DNA of 64,000 nt from Laetmonice hystrix. Lineage: Eukaryota. The first letter of the stretch is position 1. Every line of letters starts with the position of its first letter. The notes beneath the pieces were generated by a model. The model did no database searches and was not told the DNA's origin. It saw nothing but the letters and a program-made list of their open reading frames with translations. Location: NCBI GenBank assembly GCA_965235115.1, contig OZ249436.1, positions 46,812,001 to 46,876,000 on the forward strand, given 5' to 3'. Below are positions 49,986 to 62,458 of this stretch, piece after piece. A program made the translations under genes and the position numbers.

Positions 49986-51389
49986 CACCAACAGTTTTCT
50001 GGCTTCATTTCCAGATGTCTACGGCTTTGCTGCCTCTGAAAGATGCAAGGAGATCTGCATCCATAGAGTGACGCCATAAACCCTTCCTGGCTCTCACCTA
50101 CCGTCACAACTGTCAATCGTGTTCCACAGATCATATTACACTTACTGCATAATCGATGGCCATAAAATCATAATCATGTCCCTTGCCAGCTGACCCGCCC
50201 CTTGCCAGCTGACTCGGCTCTTCACTAGACGGGAGGAAACACAAGAACCACTTTCAATTCATACTTGCCATAGATCTAGACGATCTTTCATGGTAACTTC
50301 ACTGATATTTGGTGGCATGGTCTCAAAAGCTATCAGTATTCCCAAACCAAACCCTTCCCCCTACTTCCGGTTCCCAGACCTCCCCTACATTATCCCTATC
50401 CCTTTACTTGCCCCTAACCCTAAACTCATACCATAGAAATACCTGCTCAGTGGCGCCCCCATGCGATCAGAACTACAACCACACATCAGACTCAGACTGA
50501 AGGTGTTTTTGTATTTACTTTTTTCATAAAATATCTATTTACTTGCCCTAACAAAACACAACAAATACAAATACAAGTCTTTCAAGGACGATGGAAACAA
50601 AATGTAGTCCATGGTTTACAAACTCAATCTCCTGGCGCCATGATTTGATGAGATTAAACAGATGGCTACCATACATCAGTTGGATGTTTTTTTTTTGCAT
50701 AAAACACTGGCTATATGTTGAATCTCAACCAAACGCACTTTCCATTGAAGCTTGAAACCTCTTGAACGTTTGTATTTCCGCGTACAGTCCATATCAATAC
50801 ACATTTTATGGCATCGAACTAAATGGGCCGGAAAGCCGTGTAGTCATTTCAATTTTCAAGCTGCACAAGAATAACCTTGAAGAACTCCACCCATCCTTCA
50901 ATCTTGCAAACAGTTTATAGTCAGATATACAGCATACGACACCTTTCTACACTTTGCTGATTTTTTTCCATCCATTTGTACATTTCATCCATTTTCCAAC
51001 ATTTCAGGTACAGGACCAGAGACTGAGCTCCTTTAGCGAATGAAATCTTGTAGTTGTCTCAAGTTTCACTCGCCAGCTAACCTCCAGATGTTGTCATGGC
51101 AACTAAGGATCTCTACATCAAAGGTGACGGCGCAATGCCAGGCAGGCCGTGAGTGTGAGAGCTCTGAGGTAAACTGGTAGGTTTCTCCTCACACACCGCT
51201 GGCCGGCTGACTCTGAACTTTGGAAGAGGAGGGGGGGGGGGGGGTCTGGTAGGCCGGCCACAGATGTACGACCGAGGAGTTGGCAAAAACTCTTTACAAC
51301 AGAAGGGACTGGCAGCCTTCCTGCCGTTTCGCATCACTCCTTACAAGTGGAAACTTCACCACTGCTGTCACATTGGTAGCATCCTTACC

Positions 51390-51645
51390 ATCCCCATTGA
51401 TAACATACCCATTGGGAGCATCCCCATGGGTACCGTCACCATTGGTAACATCCCCATTGGGAGCATCCCCATGGGTACCGTCACCATTGGTAACATCCCC
51501 ATTGGGAGCATCCCCATGGGTACCGTCACCATTGGTAACATCCCCATTGGGAGCATCCCCATTGCTAACATCCCCATTGGTAACATGATCATTGGTAACA
51601 TCAGGTAACATGATCATTGGTAACAATCACCATTGGTAACATGAT
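51390..51645. repeat. 15-bp/45-bp higher-order repeat
   Basis: cccattgggagcatc/cccatgggtaccgtc/accattggtaacatc units. Confidence 0.9.
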
Positions 51646-52075
51646 CAACTCGACATCAAGGTCTTGTGAGACATTTCGAAAAAATAATATTCTTTTGACC
51701 CTGTGTCTGCTTTTGAGGCAATGAATGTACCAATTATATGTAATTTTTATGCAAGTTCAAATGCTACTCACATAAAATGTATGGTAGAATGTGTTTAAAG
51801 ATCGAGGTCAGGAAACTATGTCAACAAACACAACTATCTACCAGCACTACACAAGTACTAGGGAAGATTTTAGGTATCTTTAGTACTACCTATTAAACCT
51901 GGTTGATAAGCTCCATCGACCTGTGATGGTGGGCTCAGGTGTTATCCATGAGTCAAGCGTTATTATGGACCCGGCAAGGATCCGTACCATACTACCAATC
52001 TCAAGTCTTCATTCATATCTAGACATTTCAGGTTAGTATCAGCGCACTGTTACACCGCCAAGGTAATATAAAGGT

Positions 52076-52243
52076 CAGTGGCGGATTTAGGAGCGCACAG
52101 GGGGCCTGCCCCCCCCCCCCATTTCTTTTTCAAAAGCAGGGTCCCTAATACTGAAGGTATTAAGTGGAGCTGACCCTTGCCATCCACCCACACAGCTGTG
52201 CGCCCCCTCCCCTCCCCGAAGAAAAATCCCGGATCCGCCACTG
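52076..52243. mobile_element. MITE of the cagtggcggat family (hAT5-like)
   Basis: cagtggcggat...atccgccactg; flanks aaggt/aagat (4 of 5 match). Confidence 0.7.
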
Positions 52244-55200
52244 AAGATGATCTTGTCAAAGTTTGGTGTGTGCTAAATCCAACTTTTTGTCCTCAGAATG
52301 GTGATAACTTAAATTAATTCACTGAGCATGAACAATCTTCCAGTACTTTTTGACGGATGACTCGATATCATGTTTATTTGTCGGGTTTTAAGACTCCGAC
52401 AAGAGGTCTCAGCTCAAAGTTTTTTTCTCCATACAGAAGAACCCCAGCCATCACTTCTCTATCACCCTCCAGTTTCTTGGTGATTTAACAGTACAGGGTT
52501 CAACATGTGGAGTGACCGGGACCGGTGGAGCTCGCGTGTGGAGCTCTGTGTTCTCCTGGTCCCCGGGCCTGGCCGGCTGGTCCCATTAACCGTTTACCCG
52601 CCAGTTATAGCGGTCAGTACGCCGACATGTCAGAACTTGGACCAGAATGGGGGCACGTCCTACGTCAGAGCCAACCCTTAGCTCTCAGCGGCACCGTCTT
52701 CATTTGTGTGCATCCGACAAGATATGGGGCATGTTTCTGCCGAGCGAGCGGCAGCCTCCGGTAGGCATACTCATCTGGCACCCAGATATATCATGGGTCT
52801 ACCTGGTCTTGCTGCCGCAGTGGCTGCTCACCGTAATAATCCCATGAAATAAGGTAGGGGTTGGGGTTTCTGATTCCGGATCCAGAGAGATTCACCCCGC
52901 CCCCCTTCTTCTCTCTTTTTTTGGGAGGGGGGGGGGGTGTTCTAGATATTACTGGAAGTAGAGGTTAGGGTATGGCGCTAAGCGCTAACAAAGGTAATAG
53001 ATTTTCAGTTCCTACCCAAAAATTGTTTGCAAATGCAACCATGGGGGAATTTTCTTGGCTCACAGAGCTCTGCCTTTAGGTAACGCTACTAATGCTATCA
53101 CGCAGGGTACACCCAGGGTCATAGCCAACATACTCACAGTCGTGTCCGCCATTTTCAATATTTCTTTACCTTATCTTCTCATTCATTAACGTTTAAGTTA
53201 TTTTTATGATTAAACTGCAGCAAACGTCCGATCAAACATACGATAGTTTCAAGCAGATAATGTCTTTCACAGCATGGGTCTAGGTGACAATGAAAATGAA
53301 ATAAGACTAGGAATTTTGTCACTATTACATGCATTAATATTATCCCGTTTGTCACTTTTAAAAATCACCCAGGTACCTTAACAGGAGGGGCATTCGTATG
53401 TGCCTAGAAGTCACTCATCTTCGATGTCATTATAGTTTTCAAGAAGCAGGTTAATTGGTTATGAAGGACTACCACATGCCAGGTGGAATCCATGGTGACG
53501 GAATGCCGGCTAACCTGACCACTGAGAGGGATTTCCTAATTCTAACAGTAATCGCCCTCCTCTCATAAGGACGTGTTGCCATGGTTGTCTTGTATATATG
53601 CTGAGCTGTAATTCACATGGCCCGCCATGACCCCAAGCTGTACAGAGAAAATAACAGGTGAGGGTGGACTGATGATTTTATATCATGTTGGACATCTACA
53701 GGACCTGGAGTAGGGGGGAGGGGTGGTAATTATAGTGACAGCGACCATCGTCAAACTGACAGCTGGACAAGGCTGTGTTCGAAGTTGTTTGAAGCGTATC
53801 AATGTACATGTATTGTTAAGGGTATAAGGTCAACATATCAAGGGTTCTGGGAGGCTTCCTTCAGATCTTGGACTAACCAATCAAGTTGAGCTGTAGTGGG
53901 GCTCATGCTCTTTACAAGAAAGGCTTTTCCATGTCCTTGACCTTTAACCGACTTGATCCTCATTTTCCAGGCCGACTTTTAACAATAAATCCGCTATTTT
54001 AATAGAATGACCTCTCCACCAGAATGTGTAATGACACTATGAAGAACGGCTGACACACTTACCTGACAAAACTAATTTCCAGGCAGATTGCCAAGGCTAT
54101 AAAACCTTCCCCATATATTTGAAGAACAATAAAACAAAGCTCCTGACCTTACTTAGAGTACACATAAATACCCTTACCTTACCCTAGCCTTGAGAAAATA
54201 TGTTTCTTTATGACATTATTGCCTTGACCTTGGTGAAACCTGCCATTGGTGTCAGAGAAATCCCAGAGCAGGACCTGTAGACAACTTGATGAATGAGCGC
54301 AGAGAGAGAGAGACCAAGAAAAACCTCGACATACCATGACACCAATCACGTCCTCACAACTGTCCACGTTTTCTCATTTATGCAACTTTTACACAATATA
54401 TTATTTATATCTCCTGGCATTTACTCTTCACTGACACTCACAATGATTGGATCAACGCCAATATTAGGGCTACAAAGCTGACTTTTCCCAGGAAATAACA
54501 TCCACGCTCTGGCAACAGTTGTGCTTTCGTCAAATTGAGTTAAAACTTGCTTCTTACGCTAATTTTCATACGGGTGTACCCAGCCATACATGTATTATTT
54601 TAATTGCCATTGAACTACATAAATTGTCCACTTGGAATAGACCCGACTTACTAGATAACATAAAACTGTAATTTTATGTACTTACTAACACACTGAGAAT
54701 ATTTTCCTGCCTGTTACAGCCCTGCCTCTGGCAAGGTTTAATAGGACCCTACATACATGTATTGTTGTTGGGAACTTGTTCTATGTATACACATGTTTGT
54801 AGTCTGGTTATGGCAGTAACCCAGTATAGAGTTAGAACCCCTGGACAGCTGGACAAAGTAACCAACAGACTCACTGGAGTCGAATTACAGGGACTGTGTT
54901 CGTTTACCTGAAACAATTTGAAACCGTCATGGTCTCAACTAGTCTCACTATATCAGATTCTGACTCTAACACACAAGTTGATTAGACCCTGTCTCTTGTC
55001 AATGGTTAGAGGTACGCAAGTACCTGAAGTAATGCAGTGAACAATCTCCACCAGGTGATTTCAGGAAGTATTTTTTTTATCCCACAGAATGACGTTTTGG
55101 AGATAAATGACATAAGGTTTCTCCGTGAATGCTGATATCTCAGAACTAATTATCTATTGGACAAACATAAAAAGATTTCACTCCACCTCCCACTTGTTCT

Positions 55201-56059
55201 GTCAATTGACAGTCAATAGCGAGTTGTGGATTGGCCTGATTACCAGGTGATTGGCTCTGTGCCCCAAGCTCCACCTCAAACAAGACTGACATGCCATTTA
55301 AACAGAGGGTGACTTTTGAAGTAAACTTTAAACAAGGCGAGCTATGTAGTGAGACTATATACCATTTCCATGCAATGACACAAAACACCTGTAAGGTGTG
55401 AAAGCTGGGGTGTTCATAATTGGGGTTCTGGTCAAGGATGCAAAGGGTAAAGGTTTTAATGCAGCCAGGTGTCAGAGCACCCACATCTCTATAACAAGGT
55501 GCCCCCATCATATCAGTATGATAACAGGTTGAGCTTTTCTGACCTCCTTCTGGTGACCTCAATGGCCCCTCAAAGGGCAATGAATAATGGTACATATGAT
55601 TTCGCATTCTTGACTGTAAAAGTCTGTAATAACCGCCATGATGGAGGTAAACGAAGGGTTTTTCTCAGAATGGACAAAAAGCATTTGCGCAGAAAGATGG
55701 TAAATTCAATGGAATTTAAAAGATACTGGAGAGTACTATAGAGTGTAGTCAACATTTTAAAATGTATGCTCCCTCCTCGGGCTCCACTGCTCATGGGCAT
55801 GAGGACAACCAAAATGGACCAACATGGCCAAATGTTGTGAAAGTTTGGATAAATATTTCTGATACATGAAAAGTGAACATCAATGCACATTTAGATGGAC
55901 TTTTTTTTATTCCATTACATAGTATTGATGGATGACCTGATCAGTTGTGATAGGCAATATGACAGAAATTACGACATACACGACATTGCACGTCGAGTGG
56001 TGAATGAAAAAGCCCATTGGGGTAAGATTTTAACCCATGTCGACGTCCGTCTACATGAG

Positions 56060-56935
56060 CAGGGGGGTGTTTCACTAACAGCGACGGACAGTCCGACCGG
56101 ACGACGGACCCAGTCGGACTGTCCGTGTTTTAAAAAAGTGTTTCGCTAAACTGTCCGACCCAGTCGGACTGTCCGACTTTCTAGGACAACTCGGGAGTTG
56201 TCCTACACGGCGGTCGGACCAAAAAACATGGCGGACCAACTACTGTTTAATTCTCGACATGTCAACTTTGGCTGCCAATTTGAGAAATACCCTCGTCCTT
56301 ACTAATGTTTAAAGTGCACTCCTCCTGTAGTGAAGGTTTTCATATTTGTATTCCTACCTTTATTAGATGTATCTGATAATTATAGCATTCAGAGACATCG
56401 ATTGTTTACAAGTGAACCGATATTCTGCAAGCATGTGGCTGTGCCAGATTGACCCACTTAGATTGTGACGTAATCTCTCAAACCTCAATATATGACCCGG
56501 AAGTAAAACATTGACCTTGGATCAGGACAACGTTAGCAACGTATCTTTAGCCGAAAAGTGACAGGTTTTATATCTATTAAATATATAAATCTGCATCATG
56601 CAGGCTAATAACTCAAGATCACACAATGAAAATCAGTGATAACTATTGCCGAGTGAGAAGATGTCTCAAAACATCTTTTGTACGTCACAAACTGCCAGAA
56701 TATATAAGTAGATCAAGGCTTGGGGAATGCACGTTTGTTCGATGTGGTATTGTGACGTCGCTCTTTGTCTATTGTCATGTCGGCATGGCAGCGTCGGACA
56801 GTCCGACTGGTCGGAATACGCACGGACCACGTTAGTGAAACACCTGACGGGCATTGTCCGTGGCCATTCCGACTTTTCGTCCGACGGACGGTCCGACCCG
56901 GTCGGACAAGTAAACGTTAGTGAAACACCCCCCTG
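56060..56935. mobile_element. Non-autonomous hAT-like element with subterminal GTCCGAC/GTCGGAC motifs
   Basis: 20-bp TIR caggggggtgtttcactaac / gttagtgaaacacccccctg; many subterminal gtccgac repeats; TSD not recognisable. Confidence 0.8.
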
Positions 56936-58180
56936 AAGAACATTATAATGAGTTGTTTGCTTATTATTTCCAATTCATGAGTCCTTCATAATTTGAAAAT
57001 TACATGTATTATGAAGAAAAGCTGCAAATATTGACGAAGAAGAAGGCCCTGGTGGACGGGGGGGGGGGAGGGGGGTGCGGGAGAAGGAACCCTACTCTTG
57101 TTGTTGGGGGGGGGGGTCTGGGGCCATCCTCGGAAAGTTTTGATGTTTTGGTGTCCGTAGGTGAACTTTGGTGCATTCTGAGAGTAAAATTGATGTCTTG
57201 TGGGGTAAATAGATCAGTACCATAACTGTGACTGTTGCACTTAGGTTTATCTTGGAGGACATATTGGACTAAAAATAATGTTTTATTTTGAGAAAGTTGC
57301 CAGCGGTTTTTGGGGAAGTCATCCTGTCCTGAATTTATACGGTCCAGTACTTAAGGAAATGATTTTTTAAAGAAAAAATAAATAAACTAGATTAGGCAGA
57401 CTGAAGTAAAGGAAATGCTTCCAGAACAAGAATTGAAACGATATGGTTGGTAGGATGGTTGGGTGCTACTCTACTACTAGTAGTACTTGTGTTAATGGTG
57501 ACACACCCCTTCTCAAGCTCTCATCCCAGTTTCAATGTCACAGGGGCCTAGACAAGTGGTAAAATCTGGGGGTGGGGGGGTGGGGGGTTATGGATCGGTT
57601 GTTAACTCGAAAACTGTGCTAAAAAACAACCTGGGGCACAAAGGTTTACGTTATAGTTAACGTTATAGGTTATTATAATTTATAGGCTACCCTTAAAAAT
57701 CGGGGGGGGGGGGGGGCTGAACCCCCCCCCCCCCATCTTGTGCCCCTCTTGTGTACGCCCATGTGTCATGACAGTGCAATGCTGATGTCAATGGCATTGA
57801 CCATCACACTGACTGACAGACACGGCCACCGGCCCTGCTTAAACTTTCAACAGCGCCAGTACCACTGCACTGGCACTGTCAGTGTCACTCTGGTCGAGAA
57901 CTTGCGGTTTCGAACTGGTAGAACTCCACACCCCCACAGCCACGTCGTCGTCGGCTCATCGGTTACAGCAACTTTCCCCCATAATTTGACAGATGAATAT
58001 TTGTCGGCACAGCATTCCAATGACCCCTGTCCCGAGACCGTAGCGTCTCGCAGCAAGGCCGAGGCTAAGGAGGTGCTAAGGATGTCAGAAGAGCCTCAGG
58101 CCTCAGCCTCTGAAGCTAAAACCGACCGGTCCAAAGTCAAAAACAAGCGAAGGCGTGTAAACAACCCGTCGAGAACTCAC

Positions 58181-58345
58181 CTTTTCTAGCCGTTCGAAAT
58201 ATCCACGTAGAAAGCTAAACGGGTTTTCTGGCCTCCCGATACAGAGCTGAACAATGCATTCCTTTAGAATTTGCTGAATGTCATGTTTCTTGACGTAGGC
58301 CTCGACTTCCTTGAGACTGTGCTCTTCATCCGTGCTTGTAGCCAT
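58181..58345 (-). CDS. PRKAR1: cAMP-dependent protein kinase type I regulatory subunit, first coding exon (dimerization/docking domain)
   Basis: [55 protein letters not shown] is the recognisable RI D/D domain; caagATGG start; donor AAG|gtgagt, phase 0. Confidence 0.95.
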
Positions 58346-58752
58346 CTTGCTCAGAGGACTCAGTGGAGAGGAGGTAGAAATGCACATGTAGCGAAGACGA
58401 TGCTATTAATATCTATCAGTGCTCTGATTGGGCGACCATCGCAAACGTATACGCCAATAAGAATCCCCCATACAATATTTCTCAGAATGGAATCAACAGA
58501 ATAAAATAATATAGAGTCTCTAAAATAATGTATAAGCCAGCATTTTCTTAAAAATAAAAAGCTGTTCCGTTGGATCACTTTTTCGACACTTTACTTGAGC
58601 TAGCCTGGAAACAGACAGCTTGAGGTAAGAAGAAAATTTGTTTCGAAATAAACGGAACGGAACTGACAAATTGTGGGGAGGGGGCGTCGACGTGGCCCAT
58701 TAAAAATATAAATAAAAAATTGTCTAAGAACAGTTTGATCAACCATAAAAAG

Positions 58753-59043
58753 CAGTGGCGGATCCAGGAGGTGCAGAGGGTGCTCACCCCCTCGCCCCAA
58801 GTTCCCTTTTCTCCCCCGTGGCTGTTTTTGATTTTTACGAAAGATTTTTAAAATTTAAATGTCTAATTGTCGAGGCCTATATTATAGGCCTAAAGGCTGG
58901 TCTATATTGCCTATTTGGCACTGTAATTTATTTTTTTGTGGGGGAGGGCCCCCAGACTCTCCTCATGGCTTCGCGCCTTTGGGCTTTGGCGCGAGCTGCA
59001 GGGGGGACACCCGGCCCTAACCAAATTCCTGGATCTGCTGCTG
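58753..59043. mobile_element. MITE of the cagtggcggatccag family
   Basis: cagtggcggatccagga...tcctggatctgctgctg imperfect TIRs. Confidence 0.65.
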
Positions 59044-59306
59044 ACTGCCCCCACACTCTAGACTATAGCTATACGGCCCTGTTGATATGTGCATAATATT
59101 ATTTGACTGTTTAGGCTACTCACTGGGGGAGGGGGGGGCGGTTTGAGAAAGTGCCGTTTTTTTCATAGCACCCCCGTCTTGAAACAAATGCGCCTGTGTC
59201 GCCCCTCAAGCCAGTCAAGGCTACACAAACTAAACATCCAGCAGACAGTAGGGCCTATCCCCTATGCTATAGGAACAAAAGGAAAATGGAAACAACTAAA
59301 GTTAAG

Positions 59307-59369
59307 CTTCTTCTTCTTCTTCTTCTTCTTCTTCTTCTTCTTCTTCTTCTTCTTCTTCTTCTTCTTCTT
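59307..59369. repeat. (CTT)n microsatellite
   Basis: About 21 pure units; source of the poly-F and poly-L ORFs. Confidence 0.97.
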
Positions 59370-59583
59370 TTATTTTATTATCAAAATCGTATCTAAGATG
59401 AGGGGGGGGGAGACACCGTTCCGTCTACCAGGTGCCGCTCCATATTTGAGGGCCACCATGCTTGAACTATTTTCCGTATGACGTCACCACACGACCAGCG
59501 AACGGCCATATTGTGAAAGGATCTCAAGATATATGTTTGTTTGATTTTCTTCGGAAATGACCAGTGTACAGTGGAATCCGGCC

Positions 59584-59612
59584 ATGAACCAGTCGACACA
59601 GATTGGACAGTG
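59584..59612 (+). CDS. LENG8: LENG8 coding exon 1 (MNQSTQIGQW)
   Basis: gccATG, donor TG|gtaggc in phase 2; joins exon 2 to give ...QWSQQF, resembling the LENG8 N-terminus. Confidence 0.7.
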
Positions 59613-59920
59613 GTAGGCCTATGTTACCATCAAACATGTATCTTTTCTATTAATGGTGGTTTCAACAAGTCCGAAGGAACGCGCTACGAGTAACGAAAGC
59701 CGAGTTTCTTGTTTCTTTTGCCACCCAGATTTGCCTCGGCGATTGTTTACACTTTGAATTTTCCTGGCTCTTGGCGTTCGCTTCGTTTCCCGTCGTTGTT
59801 TCTCGATGTTCAAGTTAACTAACAAGTTTAGGTCATTATGGATTGCAGGTCGGCTTGCTGAGGGTTAGTTACAGGGTCTAGTAGTATAGCGCAGGGAGTA
59901 AGTCGCATGATGATTGGTAA

Positions 59921-60830
59921 GGTGTCTGGACGTTTCGAGCGCGAACCAGTTCGAGCGCCGACCACTTCGAGCGCCGACACCGACCACTTCGAGCGCGACT
60001 ATTTCACAACGCGGCCTGTATTTCACAACGTCCCTTCTCAGAACTTAAAGTCGGCAAGAATTGTATCCCTATCTTTCGTATGATGATACTAGCTATTATT
60101 CATATTGCGACATTGACAGGGCCCTCCCTAAGCACGCTCGAACGTGGCCGCGGACGAGAGGGCTTAGGGTGTCTGGACGTTTCGAGCGCGAACCAGTTCG
60201 AGCGCCGGCCACTTCGAGCGCCGACGCCGACCACTTCGAGCGCGACTATTTCACAACTTGGCCTGTATTTCACAAGTTCCGTTCTCAGAAGTCAGCAAGA
60301 ATTGTATCCCTATCTTTCATATGATGATATTACTAGTGGCTATTAGTCATATTGCGACAGTGACAGTGTCCTCCCTACGGCCCGCTCGAACGGGGCTGCG
60401 CTCAACTGGCCGCGCTCAGCGGTCTCGATCGAAATCTACCACCGACGAGCGGGCGTAGCACGCGGGCGGCTCCGCCGACGGAGGCCCGCTCAACTGGTCG
60501 GTGCTCAAAAACTGGTTCGCGCTCGAACTGGCAATGAAGCGGCGCTCGAACTGGTCCGCGCTCGAAACGTCCTGGGACCCGCCCCGTAGTGACTACTATT
60601 TTGGACGGACTACTATATTTGCCCCACACCGGCAGAGGTCGCATGCACGGTACAGGCCACGAACGGACCGATTCCACCAAATGGATGTAGGCCCTCCCTA
60701 AGCACGCTCGAACGTGGCGGGCGGCTCCACTGGCGGAGCCCCGCTCAACTCGTTGCCGCTCTAACTCAATCGCGCTCGAACTGGCAATGGAGCGGCGCTC
60801 GAACTGTTCCGCTTGAAACGTCCTGGGACC
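59921..60830. mobile_element. Foldback-type DNA element with ttcgagcg subterminal repeats and 8-bp TSD; compound/nested
   Basis: ATTGGTAA directly flanks both ends; left arms ggtgtctggacgtttcgagcgcg at 59921 and ~60168, right arms ...gaaacgtcctgggacc ending at ~60578 and 60830. Confidence 0.8.
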
Positions 60831-61329
60831 ATTGGTAACCTGGCATAACGTTAGTCGTTACGGCTTTTTAAGTTTCAGCGACAGCGGTCTTCCTGACGGT
60901 AACATGACATGGACCTCCGGTCATGTCTGCCGCTCCGCTCGAAAGGCGGCCAGTGTGGCGGAATACTGTACTGTAGCTTCCGCCGTACTGTACATTCCGC
61001 ACCTTCCCGGCTTGGAGCCATCACTGACCGGGACTTGCACGCACCGATAGCTGCGAGAGTGCAGTTTGGCAGCCGGTCTCTGCCCAGTAATCATACTTAA
61101 ACGATTGTGTACCAATTTAAATTGTATTTTATAAAACCCAACCTTAAGCCTAAGCTAAGTCTTATGGGCTTTAGTAAATACCCGGTATATGTTTTCGGTG
61201 TTCAAAATTGACAACTGCGGTCGAACTAGCGGGATTTATGCCAGTTAAAGAAGCCTTGTTCAGTGCACTGCTTTATCGTGGCAGGACACCGACATGTCAA
61301 CTGCTTGCAGACGGGACTTGCTGTGCGTC

Positions 61330-61649
61330 CAAGTCCTTGCAGTTCCTTGGAAGTCATTGAAAGTACTTGAGCTTTATTAGGGATTTTTCAAGGCCTTGAA
61401 AACCTTGAAAATTGTAATTTTATCAGAAAAGTGCTTGAAAGTCCTTGAATTTTTTAGGAAAACAAATCTTAGTCATAATTATCGTTCTAGACCTTTGCAG
61501 TGTAAAGTGAATTTGTAATTGTACACAATTATTATCGATTTTGACCGCATTGTGACAAATTGCAAATGGGAGATAGGGTCCGTAAAATCTTGTGACAGGT
61601 GCTGGAAAAGGTCCTTGAATTTTATTTTTGAAGGCCTGTGCAAACCCTG
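61330..61649. mobile_element. Transposon-end fragment with ccttgaa subterminal repeats (hAT-like)
   Basis: Repeated (g/t)ccttgaa motifs ending in caaaccctg; other end not found. Confidence 0.45.
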
Positions 61650-61874
61650 TTGCCATCCTCCAACTATATAATAACCAAGTGCTGCAGTAAAAAATACCAT
61701 GTGCAATCTTTGTATGCGACCCCAGCTTGTGAAAGGCTCGTGTTTTGCGAATCTCATGTCAGCCGGTAATGACATGATGTCTGGCATTAGCTAAATGTCA
61801 GAAAAAAATCCTTTATCCTTATTCTTTTCAGAGCAAAAACAATTATTTCAAGAAAGGGTTATTTCTATTTTCAG

Positions 61875-62174
61875 GTCGCAACAATTCAACGCGGGGGTTT
61901 CTGGGAATAGTCCACCCCCTGAGTGGGAGAAAGCCAAGAAAGCTTTAGAAGCTATTCATGCTGACACTAAAACAAAGCAACAGCAGCAGCAGAATCAAAA
62001 GAAACAAAAGATGCAGTCATCTCAGGACACACAGAGTGCAACATCACCTCAACAGCAGCAGCCGCCACCACCACCGCCACCTCCACAGCAACAGTCTCCT
62101 CAACAACAGCAGTACAACTATCATCCTTATTATCAGCAGTATGCAAACATGTATACACCCTACCAAGGCTATGG
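61875..62174 (+). CDS. LENG8: LENG8 coding exon 2
   Basis: ttttcag acceptor; conserved PEWEKAKKALEAI motif followed by Q/P/Y-rich region; donor GG|gtatgt; 300 nt, phase 2/2. Confidence 0.88.
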
Positions 62175-62458
62175 GTATGTATCTCAGCTAAACATTGAAT
62201 AGAAGCTTTTCATTTCTGAAAGTTAGTGCTCAGTCTGAAATAACAGACCAAAAATGGGTTATCTTATTCTATGACCATTGTCAGTAAAGTAGTGCTTTAC
62301 TAAATGCTGAGTATGAAGCTAAGGTATGTGCAGAATACTGTGGCTGAGTAAGATATGCATCCTTCTACCCCCAAAAAGGTGATATACATCTAGCATAAGG
62401 CCTATGCACTGAAGTAATTTTGCAAATCTCAAACCTACTTTGCACTACTATCTTGCAG

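Larger units (their letters stand above)
58346..59583. promoter_or_regulatory. Divergent intergenic/promoter region between PKA-RI and LENG8
   Basis: Start codons 1.24 kb apart on opposite strands; CCAAT-type motifs near 58426 and 58454, CRE TGACGTCA at 59479-59486, YY1-like gccatatt near 59505. Confidence 0.6.

Noticed and set aside
50500..51090. Possible decayed transposon coding fragment
   Set aside because: Stops in the frames examined and no motif I could identify with confidence
57740..58189. 149-aa plus-strand ORF
   Set aside because: Antisense to the start of PKA-RI intron 1; no recognisable homology
61795..61874. ORF-track start MSEKNPLSLFF... as the LENG8 N-terminus
   Set aside because: This is the polypyrimidine/acceptor region; the 59584 exon gives a phase-compatible, homolog-like start
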